Both the position numbers and the translations under genes were made by a program. Below are positions 10,246-18,641 of a stretch of DNA of 64,000 nucleotides, in pieces; position 1 is the first letter of the stretch, and every line of letters starts with the position of its first letter. Location of the stretch: the sequence record phage_1; one strand, 5' to 3'. Under the pieces are notes generated by a model. It saw only the letters and a list, made by a program, of their open reading frames with translations, searched no databases and was not told the origin of the DNA.

Positions 10246-10836
10246 GTGGTCGATCGTTGGAGTAAAGAGGGCATTATTCGTGCCAAAGTAAACATCGAAG
10301 CCGGTTACGTTAATAACCCGAAAGATTTGGGCAAAGCAACGAACCGCGGTGTCACCGAACTCACTGCGCGAGAATATGGCTATAAAGGGGATATGCGTGA
10401 CCTGAGCTTAGAAATCGCGTTAGACATTTACAACAAGCTCTGGTGGCAGCGGATGCGTTTAGACCAGATTATGAAAATGAATGTCCTGCTAGCTGACCGA
10501 ATGTTTGATTTCGGCATCAACGCAGGACGCGGTAACTGTATCAAGTCCCTGCAACGTATTCTGAACGTATTAAACCGCCAGGGTAAACTATACGATGATA
10601 TCGATGCCGATGGTGGTATCGGGCCACGTACGTTAACAGCGTTAGAAGGCTTCATCAAAGCCCGTGGGGAAGAGGGCCTGAATCGACTGATGTTCGCTTT
10701 AACCTGTCATCAGGTTGCGTATTACACGGAAATCAGTGAAGGGCGTGAGGATAACGAAGAGTTTACTTACGGCTGGTATGGCCGCGTCTATCAGGAAATG
10801 CCAGACTACGTGGCTAAGTTGGGGATGTGCAAATGA
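10246..10836 (+). CDS. Endolysin, glycosyl hydrolase family 108 with peptidoglycan-binding C-terminus
   Basis: EAGYVNNPKDLGKATNRGVT (EGGY..P.D.GG.T..G[IV]T motif), FDFGINAG, DGGIGPRTL, FTYGWYGRV; AGGAGG SD 5 nt before GTG 10246. Confidence 0.85.
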   Translation: MVDRWSKEGIIRAKVNIEAGYVNNPKDLGKATNRGVTELTAREYGYKGDMRDLSLEIALDIYNKLWWQRMRLDQIMKMNVLLADRMFDFGINAGRGNCIKSLQRILNVLNRQGKLYDDIDADGGIGPRTLTALEGFIKARGEEGLNRLMFALTCHQVAYYTEISEGREDNEEFTYGWYGRVYQEMPDYVAKLGMCK

Positions 10837-10908
10837 AACAGAATTGGTTTGCTGCCTTAATGAAAGCTATCTGGCGCGCCCTTGTTTTTGCCNNAAGGAG
10901 AAAACGAA

Positions 10909-11061
10909 ATGACCCACCGTCCAACTCCGCCTAAGTTCCCCGAAGTACAAACCGTTCCGGAAACGTATTACGATTCTGGGTTCTTCAAACTATTACGCGC
11001 GATCTTCTGTCGGAGGGTAAAGCCATGCAATACGACAACGACGACTGGCCGAAAGGCTTAA
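10909..11061 (+). CDS. Small hypothetical protein (50 aa, not in ORF track)
   Basis: AAGGAG SD then ATG; MTHRPTPPKFPEVQTVPETYYDSGFFKLLRAIFCRRVKPC... Confidence 0.4.
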   Translation: MTHRPTPPKFPEVQTVPETYYDSGFFKLLRAIFCRRVKPCNTTTTTGRKA

Positions 11062-11117
11062 TGCCCATTTTACTGGGATTAATGGTCCTCACGATGCTCG
11101 TGCGTTATATGACGTGA
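11025..11117 (+). CDS. Small single-TM peptide (30 aa, not in ORF track)
   Basis: GGAGG SD; MQYDNDDWPKGLMPILLGLMVLTMLVRYMT; stop just before the next gene's start. Confidence 0.45.
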   Translation: MQYDNDDWPKGLMPILLGLMVLTMLVRYMT

Positions 11118-11124
11118 GGTCAGT

Positions 11125-11766
11125 ATGGAAGCACTTAAGTATAAGTTGTTAGAGAAGCCGTGGTTTATCCTCACGGATGATTTCCATTTCGAGTTTACGT
11201 TGCGCAGCCTCTATCGTGAGCACACCGGAATGGATGCGATGGTAGCATTAACAGGTGTACACCCGGATACTCCGTTATGGGTAACGGTACCGAAAGGATT
11301 TGTAACGGACCTGGCAAGCATTCCAGAAGCGNTNCNNCCTATCCTNCNNCCGGANGGGCCTTGGGCCGCNGCCNCTTGTGTGCATGATTTGTTTTACCAG
11401 AAACGTTCATCGGGGGTCTTGTACCCTGACACTGTCGAAGGTAATCTATCTCGTGCATGTGACAAAACATTCGCTGACCTGATGTTCTTACGTATCATGG
11501 AGGCATTAGGCGTTGACACCTTTATTCGTAAGTCCTTCTACCATGCCGTTCACGAGTTTGGTTGGCCGTCCTATGTAGACGATAACTCTAAGGTGGTTTA
11601 TAGCCGGCCGGTAGAAAAGACGTTGTCCTATAATCGCAACTACCTGTTCTTTAGAACGTCGCGTACGTTAGCGATTCCTGAACACGAACGTGTTGACATT
11701 ACTAATGGGCAACCGGTAAACGTGCAGTATTTGAATATCAAACGTGCGTTCCTGACTACCCCTTAA
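11125..11766 (+). CDS. DUF1353-family protein
   Basis: TVPKGFVTDLASIP...A..VHDLFY...AD..FLRIMEALGV. Confidence 0.75.
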   Translation: MEALKYKLLEKPWFILTDDFHFEFTLRSLYREHTGMDAMVALTGVHPDTPLWVTVPKGFVTDLASIPEAXXPIXXPXGPWAXAXCVHDLFYQKRSSGVLYPDTVEGNLSRACDKTFADLMFLRIMEALGVDTFIRKSFYHAVHEFGWPSYVDDNSKVVYSRPVEKTLSYNRNYLFFRTSRTLAIPEHERVDITNGQPVNVQYLNIKRAFLTTP

Positions 11767-11775
11767 GGAGAGAAA

Positions 11776-12291
11776 ATGTTTCATCCGAATCCTGCCAACT
11801 TCGCGTTAAAAGAGTTGATGCCGCAGGAGTACATCGCGAAATATGGTGAAGGTGCTATTCGTTTCCTTAATCCGTTACTGCTAATCTCGCTCCAACAGAT
11901 TCGTAATCGTTTTGGGCGGATGGTGATTTTAACCAGTTCCCAGCAACAGCGTAGTCTGCGTACCCTGCAGTTCTTTATTAATCAAGAGAAACCAAAGGGT
12001 GGAGATTGGCAAACTCGTGCAAACAAACTGTACGCCGAATCAGGCAGTATGCATAAATTCGGTAATGCGTTTGATGCAACAATGCTTGATACACCGTTGC
12101 AGAAAGTACACGACTATATTGCCGCGAACCCTAACGAGTTTCCGTTTATTCACTTTATCGAGTGCGATATTACCTGGCTGCATGTTGACGTACGCAACCA
12201 GCCTGATATCACCTTCTGGTCACCGACACGTGGTACCGTTAAAGTGGTTAAGCAACAACCCATCGATTGGAGCAAGCTAGTTAAAATCTAA
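11776..12291 (+). CDS. Peptidase M15-family Zn peptidoglycan peptidase
   Basis: RSL...SMHKFGNAFD...WLHVDVRN Zn-ligand motifs (H..D, H). Confidence 0.75.
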   Translation: MFHPNPANFALKELMPQEYIAKYGEGAIRFLNPLLLISLQQIRNRFGRMVILTSSQQQRSLRTLQFFINQEKPKGGDWQTRANKLYAESGSMHKFGNAFDATMLDTPLQKVHDYIAANPNEFPFIHFIECDITWLHVDVRNQPDITFWSPTRGTVKVVKQQPIDWSKLVKI

Positions 12292-12373
12292 GCCACTTTA
12301 ATCAAAAGTAATATCATTTATCATTTGATACGTTTAATGCGCTTAGAGAGCGTTACAGAGCGTTTTAGAGGGT

Positions 12374-12430
12374 AAATAAAGCCCTTACCCACTCCCCTTA
12401 CGGGAGTGGGTAAGCATTATTTATTTTCTT
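12374..12430. terminator. Bidirectional terminator (conserved family copy 1)
   Basis: CTTACCCACTCCC/GGGAGTGGGTAAG stem between convergent genes, A-run 5' and T-run 3'. Confidence 0.8.
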
Positions 12431-12908
12431 CTAACGGAACAATCGTAATCGGAGTAGGAACTTCACCGATAAACCCGCTGCTGCAGCGAAAGAATGTCAT
12501 CCCTTTACCTTCGCCGGTATACGGGTTCACATCCGAAAAAGAATAAGTGGGGCTATCGTTTACGGTTTTATTAATACGGTAATAACGCTCACCTGTGGTG
12601 GTGTTAACATTCCCGTCGATTTTGCCGATCACGTCTTTAAACATCATCGGTGACTCTAGTTTGCCACCGTCCCACGCTGCTACCCAGTTTGCACCCACAT
12701 CCATTACTGTTACTGACCGCGGCATCATTTGTAGGTTGTCCAGTACCGGACGGTAGTCTACAAACTTCTCCTGCGTCCCTGTGCATGTATAAATCACCAA
12801 GTCGTGATTCTTTACTGGTGTGGCGCTAAATTGTCCTATGTTGCTTGGCGACTGAACACAACCGGCCAACAGGTTTATAATCGCGAATACGATAAATAGA
12901 CGTTTCAT
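12417..12908 (-). CDS. Lipoprotein, unknown function
   Basis: MKRLFIVFAIINLLAGC: signal peptide II with LAGC lipobox. Confidence 0.7.
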   Translation of the reverse strand: MKRLFIVFAIINLLAGCVQSPSNIGQFSATPVKNHDLVIYTCTGTQEKFVDYRPVLDNLQMMPRSVTVMDVGANWVAAWDGGKLESPMMFKDVIGKIDGNVNTTTGERYYRINKTVNDSPTYSFSDVNPYTGEGKGMTFFRCSSGFIGEVPTPITIVPLEENK

Positions 12909-12996
12909 AGAGTATCCTTTCAGTGGTAAAAACTTTCTCGTTTAACAGCCAACTTTACTGTCATATTAAGCCCACTATGTTGTTTTTAGAACGATT

Positions 12997-13003
12997 TAGT
13001 ATG
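12997..13003 (+). promoter_or_regulatory. Candidate late promoter (TAGTATG)
   Basis: TATG core as in phiKZ late promoters, 30 nt upstream of a structural gene; same 7-mer class recurs before other structural genes. Confidence 0.4.
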
Positions 13004-13032
13004 CACCACAAACCTACTATAAGGAAACAACC

Positions 13033-13581
13033 ATGGCAGTCATCTCTGCAAAAGACCAACTCGTCGCGCTGTTTAATGCTGCAAACAGCGGACTGTCTAG
13101 TCCGTTAACTACTGCTGACGTTACATTCGGCGCTGTTGCTGACTATTCACCAGCAGATTCTGGAGACACTCGCAACTCCAAACTCACCATCACTGCCACC
13201 GCGGAATCCGCTAACTTTACGGGCGAGAAAGAGCTGCACTATACCCGCCTCGATTCATTGAACATCATCGGTGCGAAAGCAGTTACCGCTGACCAGGCAG
13301 AATGGGATACCGATGAAGAAGTGCTTGCTTTTGTCAACGCAGATCTAATTGCCGCCGGTAAAACGGAAGATGCGTTTGCATTGTCTGAACTCACCATTTC
13401 ACGCGAGGACGGCGACAGTGGTGAGAAAATCATCACTGTTATGGTGAAAGAAGGCCACATTAAATACCAGCCTGCCAGCCTTGCAGTTTATACTGTAACG
13501 CAGCCAATCGTTAAAACTGACCTGAGCACCACCAACGGTGAACTAGACGGATTCGTTTCACAAAACAACGTTAGTATGTAA
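13033..13581 (+). CDS. Virion structural protein, NGELDGF family
   Basis: RNSKLTIT....NFTGEKELHYTRL family domain; TTNGELDGF near C-terminus. Confidence 0.65.
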   Translation: MAVISAKDQLVALFNAANSGLSSPLTTADVTFGAVADYSPADSGDTRNSKLTITATAESANFTGEKELHYTRLDSLNIIGAKAVTADQAEWDTDEEVLAFVNADLIAAGKTEDAFALSELTISREDGDSGEKIITVMVKEGHIKYQPASLAVYTVTQPIVKTDLSTTNGELDGFVSQNNVSM

Positions 13582-13605
13582 CTAAGAAATTAGTAGTTTC
13601 TAAGA

Positions 13606-13660
13606 AATAAATAAAAGGTACCTACCTCCCTTCGGGGAGGTAGGGCCTTTATTTTCTTTG
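13606..13660. terminator. Bidirectional terminator (family copy 2); ends the long minus-strand tail/rSAM run
   Basis: CCTACCTCCC-TTCG-GGGAGGTAGG flanked by A- and T-runs. Confidence 0.8.
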
Positions 13661-13661
13661 C

Positions 13662-14333
13662 TTACATGCCGAGTGACTCGGACAATGTTTTTAATCCGGT
13701 GTAATCGCGCTTTTCAGCTAACTCACGGATTTGGCGTTTGTTATCTGCCATTGCTGAGTGCAACACTTGGTCACGTGCAACAATAGCGGCCAGCAACGCT
13801 TTACATTGGGCTACTGTAAACGGACTGTGCTTAGTATTCAGCGTATCGAGCCAGTATTCTGGTGCGGTATCTGCCTGAATGTATTGACCGAGGATGGTAC
13901 GCGACGATTCATCGGCTTGAAAGTGACTACCTTCAAACTCGATATAACCATGGCGCTCATCTTCGTAGCGGTGGTCGAGTTCCAACAGCATCTTCTGCAC
14001 GTCTTCGTAAATGTAACGTGCGGTAGATTTCAGATTCCCGCGAATTTCGTCGAGGTCAATCTCCAGCACATTAGCAATAAACTCTTTCGTGCGTTTCAAT
14101 GTGAAGTTAGCTTCAATCTCCGACATCTCATACAGCTTCATGCGTGCCAGGGCTTCTTTATCAGACATCCCTTCGATGAGATGGTAATGGAGTAATGCAC
14201 AAAATCCGGTACGACCCTGATCCTGCGCACCGATTCGTTCCATGAAATTACCGTGACGATCAATCGGCAAATCACGCTGGAAATAACNGGCGCGGATCTC
14301 TTCGTTCGTTAAGCTTTTGTCAGTAACAGACAT
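13662..14333 (-). CDS. DUF4376-like tail-fibre assembly protein with N-terminal extension
   Basis: C-half FQADESSRTIL....YWLDTLN..PFTVAQCKALLAAI..RDQ.LH fits the DUF4376 pattern. Confidence 0.65.
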   Translation of the reverse strand: MSVTDKSLTNEEIRAXYFQRDLPIDRHGNFMERIGAQDQGRTGFCALLHYHLIEGMSDKEALARMKLYEMSEIEANFTLKRTKEFIANVLEIDLDEIRGNLKSTARYIYEDVQKMLLELDHRYEDERHGYIEFEGSHFQADESSRTILGQYIQADTAPEYWLDTLNTKHSPFTVAQCKALLAAIVARDQVLHSAMADNKRQIRELAEKRDYTGLKTLSESLGM

Positions 14334-14875
14334 TCGTCCTCCTCAATCAGGCCAAGTTCTAACAACAAACCGAAGTCCAGCATCTGGAAGTCCTGATCGA
14401 GGTTACCGGCCCACAACAGAGAAATGTTGTGTTGCTCTTCTTCTTCCAACTGCGGGAGCAGGTGTTCTTCGAAGATTTGACGTTCTGTGTAATAAGCGTC
14501 AACCGGGTTATTGGAGCGTAAGTTACGAATACGCATCCGCGGGAATGACAAGCCCAATGCCACTAAACTTTCAGGACTGGCTTCATCAATAGAGTGACGT
14601 AGCAGTTCGATTTTGTGGCGTGGGTATGCAAGCAGTCGCTTCTCAAAGCCAGGGTTGCGCTTTTCGATTTCCGCGACAGACTCGTGTCCTTTCTCAACGC
14701 AGTAGACCGGGATCATCACATTCAGCCCGTATTTAATCAACAGGCTTTGGATTTCATCAGTGAAGTCTTCCCCTGCCACAATTGCGTGCACATTGTACAG
14801 CTTGCTTTTGCGCAGGAAGCGATCGACCAAGTGCAGTTTACGCTTCGTAAAATTGTGAATCAGTATTGACTTCAT
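14309..14875 (-). CDS. Hypothetical protein of the rSAM cluster (188 aa)
   Basis: GGAG SD before ATG 14875 (MKSILIHNF); overlaps both neighbours. Confidence 0.6.
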   Translation of the reverse strand: MKSILIHNFTKRKLHLVDRFLRKSKLYNVHAIVAGEDFTDEIQSLLIKYGLNVMIPVYCVEKGHESVAEIEKRNPGFEKRLLAYPRHKIELLRHSIDEASPESLVALGLSFPRMRIRNLRSNNPVDAYYTERQIFEEHLLPQLEEEEQHNISLLWAGNLDQDFQMLDFGLLLELGLIEEDECLLLTKA

Positions 14876-16166
14876 TCTGGGCTCCGTTTTGTAATTTTTC
14901 TGCTTCGGCACGTTGGCGTACACAACGTGAACAATAGCACATGGATTTATCATGCAAATCTGATGCGCGAGTCGTACCAGTTTTCTGATACCAATATTCC
15001 GCCGCCATCAGCTTCGCAGTAGTCCAACCACACTGACGACGCTCGGCGTGATACGCTTTACGGTCTTCCAGTGTACCTTCACCGTTTTCGTACGATGCTG
15101 CTGCGCAGCTACCGCAGCTGTGTTTCATCGGACACCCTAAACAAGTTTCTGGGTAGTTGGTGTACTGCGTTTGAATCTCTTCTAACAGCTTACCGCCGTC
15201 CAGGCTCACAAACTCACGACCGACCAGTTCCGCTACAGCAGAGCGGGAAGTTACCGTGGACATGAAACGGTTACAACCGTAAATCTTGCGATCAAAGCCG
15301 AGACAGGTCATGTGCGTCAACGTACCGCAGTACGGTTTCAGGCGTTCTGGGTCGAGACGAACAGAGTCGTCATGTAAGAGTTTGTCACGCCAATCCGGGT
15401 CCCAAGTTGCCATAAAGTTCAGGCCATCCGGGATGATGTGCGTAATCGTGTTACGCGGGTTGGTGTGCAGACCCTTCTCAATCCAGTAGTCCATCACGTC
15501 CATCATCTGGTTCGCGATATCCAACGCCATATGGCGCGGCAGGATATCTTCGTACGTCACGTTACCAGAAATGGTACCACCGCCGGACATGTCAATTAAC
15601 GATTTCATGCTGGCGGCATAGTGCGGCAATGTATCGATCGTAAACGTCGCCTTTACGCCCAGTTCAGCGATGCCAACACTCTTCAGATAATTGTAACCGC
15701 GTACCGCAGCTTCGTACGACCCTTCACGCGTCGTGGTAAAGATACGATATTTGTCATGGACTTCAGGTAAACCATCGATGGAGACCCCAATAGACAGTTT
15801 GTCTTTCCAGCGCTCGATAATTTCTTTGTTCAGCGGACGGTCCAGAAGCGTACCGTTCGTGGAGATACTGAACATATACGGGCGATTGTGTTCTGCGCAT
15901 AACTTCTCTGCGGTTTCAAAGGCCGCCAAAAGAAGTTTAGGCTGCATGAACGGCTCACCACCGATGATATCGATGATGACTTCAACGTTCGGGATATCTT
16001 TATCACGCTCGAAACAAGCGTGGATAAAATCAATCACGTCTGCTACTTTGTTGTTACGCGGATATTTACGCTCGTAGCAGTATTCGCAGTCCAGGTTACA
16101 TGACAAGTTAGTCACAACCTGATACGTGCGTGGTGTGTACTGGATTTGCTGTTCGTTATTACTCAT
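14838..16166 (-). CDS. Radical SAM/SPASM peptide maturase
   Basis: CNLDCEYCYE (CxxxCxxC), IGGEP, SISTNGTLL, SIDGLPEVHDKYR; C-terminal CG..H.TC..YGCNRF..CLGCPMKHSCGSCAA..QC auxiliary-cluster Cys. Confidence 0.9.
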   Translation of the reverse strand: MSNNEQQIQYTPRTYQVVTNLSCNLDCEYCYERKYPRNNKVADVIDFIHACFERDKDIPNVEVIIDIIGGEPFMQPKLLLAAFETAEKLCAEHNRPYMFSISTNGTLLDRPLNKEIIERWKDKLSIGVSIDGLPEVHDKYRIFTTTREGSYEAAVRGYNYLKSVGIAELGVKATFTIDTLPHYAASMKSLIDMSGGGTISGNVTYEDILPRHMALDIANQMMDVMDYWIEKGLHTNPRNTITHIIPDGLNFMATWDPDWRDKLLHDDSVRLDPERLKPYCGTLTHMTCLGFDRKIYGCNRFMSTVTSRSAVAELVGREFVSLDGGKLLEEIQTQYTNYPETCLGCPMKHSCGSCAAASYENGEGTLEDRKAYHAERRQCGWTTAKLMAAEYWYQKTGTTRASDLHDKSMCYCSRCVRQRAEAEKLQNGAQNEVNTDSQFYEA

Positions 16167-17073
16167 TGTTCGCCGCCCGTTTACGCTTAGCAGAAATTAC
16201 ACGGTTGATGTAGTTATACGCATCAACGCCGATAGAACGCGCCAGGCGATTACAGCCGACTTCCAATATCTCTGGGGCGTTCTGAATTTGCTCCTGCGTA
16301 CCGTCGGCGTTAAGCCACAGCACTTCACTGCACGTGTTGCACTCGGTATCGAACATTTTACTGATCGCAAGCCCACATTCAGAATCGTTCTGCATGTTAA
16401 GGCGTTCGATATTGTCGAGTATTTTCCAATACCCGTACATGAAGTTCATGACGTGGTCTGGCGATAACGGTTTCGGCATCATCGCATCAAACAACAACGA
16501 CACACCACCTGGACGGTAATGATAGATTGCTCGGTGCAGCTCGATGAAATCTTCGTACCAGCGTTTATCGCCTAACTGGTCACGCGTCATCACACCCCAG
16601 GTGTAATAATTGTCCAGCTCGTACAGCACTTCCAGCGCTTCGTGATTACCACCGTTTACAAAGTTCATAAACGGACGTTCCGACTTCTTGTAGCCGTCAA
16701 TGGACACAAAGATAAGGTCGAACTGTTTCAGCAACGGCAGATGTGATTTACGCATCTTTAAACCGTTGGTGTACATGTGATGACGGAGGTTCGGATGAGA
16801 CTCCTTCAACTCGTTCACGAAGTCTTCAATCTTACGCTGCGCTAACAGCGGCTCACCGCCCGTCCAATGAATCTCACCGATATCCGGATTCTTCTCTAAA
16901 ATCGAGAGAATCTCTTCACGTTGAAACTCACGAGAAGTATCTTCTCTATCCATGTAATAAGCCCCTCCACAGAAGCTACAGTCTAAGTTACACTTAGAAG
17001 TTGCGACAACCGACAGAATTGACGGTTTGTCGTACAGTTCAGACGAGATCCTGGATTCTACTTGATCTGTCAT
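16159..17073 (-). CDS. Second radical SAM protein (short, reduced C-terminal Cys domain)
   Basis: CNLDCSFCGG, WTGGEPLL, YTNGL, VSIDG; C-term CNTC...GCNR. Confidence 0.85.
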   Translation of the reverse strand: MTDQVESRISSELYDKPSILSVVATSKCNLDCSFCGGAYYMDREDTSREFQREEILSILEKNPDIGEIHWTGGEPLLAQRKIEDFVNELKESHPNLRHHMYTNGLKMRKSHLPLLKQFDLIFVSIDGYKKSERPFMNFVNGGNHEALEVLYELDNYYTWGVMTRDQLGDKRWYEDFIELHRAIYHYRPGGVSLLFDAMMPKPLSPDHVMNFMYGYWKILDNIERLNMQNDSECGLAISKMFDTECNTCSEVLWLNADGTQEQIQNAPEILEVGCNRLARSIGVDAYNYINRVISAKRKRAANNE

Positions 17074-17094
17074 TGCAGGTTGCTCCAGTATTTT

Positions 17095-17982
17095 TTAAAT
17101 ATAATCAATGGCGAATAAAGGATCTTCGTCTACGTTAGCGCCAGGCACCAGTAACATCGGGTCGTGATAGGCAGCTAAAATTTTGTTCAGGTCGGCGTGT
17201 CTTTCGTTCAGACGTTTCAAATCGGCCAACGTTACCGAACGACCACGAATCTCAGAAACAGCTTCTGCTTCTTCTTTCGTTAAATCCACCTTCGTTAAGA
17301 GGAAACTTACCAGCTTACTCAAATCCGCTTCTGTCGCCGGGTAATCCCCATATCGGGTTTGAACCAGGTGTTGCATCCACGGCTTACGAATACGTTTGGT
17401 GATTTCAAAATCGTCAGTCAGCGCATACCAGACAGAACGCTTTTTATCCCACACGAACTTATAGCTATACGCCATCATGTCCGCTAAACGGGTGATGCCG
17501 AGTTCTTTATACCCCTCGATATCGATGTATGGTTCGGTGTCGAAATACGTTTCCGTATCGGCAGGTACCAGTACAAAGTAGTAAGGGAACGAGCCCAGAT
17601 AGTCCGGACTCCACCAACGGCGCGCCATCGGTTTTGCTTCAAGTTCGTCAAACGGTGTAAACATCAGTTCTAAATCGACGCTGTTGTTCAAAATCCCTTC
17701 GCTGAAGAAATACTTACCGTCGACTAACACGCCACGAGAGTTACCATCGCCGTTAAAGATAACGATGGCCTCTGCAACCATATCACGGATCTTAAACGTA
17801 TTTTCTACGGTGTAGTTCTTCTTGTCGGTCAAGAAGCGACCACGAACCTTTGGCCACTCACCAGGAATCTGTGCAATCAGTCTGACTTTGTCAGCAAGGT
17901 GCGCACGCACTGAATCTGGGGAAGATAGATGCAGCGGGTGGTTGAATGTGGTTTTATACGCAAGATGCAAATCGTTTTTCAT
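17095..17982 (-). CDS. Hypothetical protein of the rSAM cluster (295 aa)
   Basis: Long clean ORF with SD between peptide genes and rSAM genes. Confidence 0.65.
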   Translation of the reverse strand: MKNDLHLAYKTTFNHPLHLSSPDSVRAHLADKVRLIAQIPGEWPKVRGRFLTDKKNYTVENTFKIRDMVAEAIVIFNGDGNSRGVLVDGKYFFSEGILNNSVDLELMFTPFDELEAKPMARRWWSPDYLGSFPYYFVLVPADTETYFDTEPYIDIEGYKELGITRLADMMAYSYKFVWDKKRSVWYALTDDFEITKRIRKPWMQHLVQTRYGDYPATEADLSKLVSFLLTKVDLTKEEAEAVSEIRGRSVTLADLKRLNERHADLNKILAAYHDPMLLVPGANVDEDPLFAIDYI

Positions 17983-18004
17983 TTAATACTCCGAACGTTT
18001 TCTG

Positions 18005-18211
18005 TTATCGATTCCCCGCTCCACGGCTACAGCTTCCGCTGCAGGACCAGCTACACCCACCATTACAGTTATAGTGAGAAAGCGGTAAGCCAGCCAGGTT
18101 ATTTGTGGTCGACACGGTGCCCTGGTTAGCGATATAGTTGTTTGCCTGTGCGGTTGTAATGTAACCTTCTACCGTAACGAGACGGTTTCGAATAGTCTTG
18201 AGACTGATCAT
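18005..18211 (-). CDS. Cys-rich precursor-like peptide 3 (68 aa, 4 Cys)
   Basis: Leader ISLKTIRNRL..; core SHYNCNGGCSWSCSGSCS; GGAGG SD. Confidence 0.8.
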   Translation of the reverse strand: MISLKTIRNRLVTVEGYITTAQANNYIANQGTVSTTNNLAGLPLSHYNCNGGCSWSCSGSCSRGAGNR

Positions 18212-18226
18212 ATAAGCCTCCGTCAG

Positions 18227-18631
18227 TTAGGAGTTAGGACCTGAACAACCACCAGAACACGCGCCGGAGCAGTTTGCGGAACAGGATTTGCCACAGCCGC
18301 CAGAGCAGTTACCAGTACACGTTCCGCTACAACCACCAGAACATGAAGAGCTGCAACCCGTACAGCTGCTGCTACAGCCCGATACACAGTTTGCGGAACA
18401 AGTCGACCCACAACCACCCGTAGCAGACCCAGTACACCCGCCAGAACAACTCGAGCAACTAAAAGAGCATGTGCCACCACAGTCATAGTGCGAACGGCCT
18501 TGACCTGCGAACAAGTCGGCGTTATTCGTAGCTTTATTGCGAATGTAGTTTTGCACATTCGTGGTGTTCTTTAAAGCGTTTGCATCGATCGTGTTTAATC
18601 GGTTATTCAGTTCTTTTAATCCAATTGCCAT
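18227..18631 (-). CDS. Cys-rich CxxxC-repeat precursor-like peptide 2 (134 aa, 20 Cys)
   Basis: Leader IGLKELNNRL..; core SHYDCGGTCSFSCSSC(SGGC..)n. Confidence 0.85.
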   Translation of the reverse strand: MAIGLKELNNRLNTIDANALKNTTNVQNYIRNKATNNADLFAGQGRSHYDCGGTCSFSCSSCSGGCTGSATGGCGSTCSANCVSGCSSSCTGCSSSCSGGCSGTCTGNCSGGCGKSCSANCSGACSGGCSGPNS

Positions 18632-18641
18632 TTAATCCCCC

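Noticed and set aside
12923-13108. 61-aa ORF upstream of the structural gene
   Set aside because: Spans a divergent promoter region and overlaps the real gene out of frame; no SD
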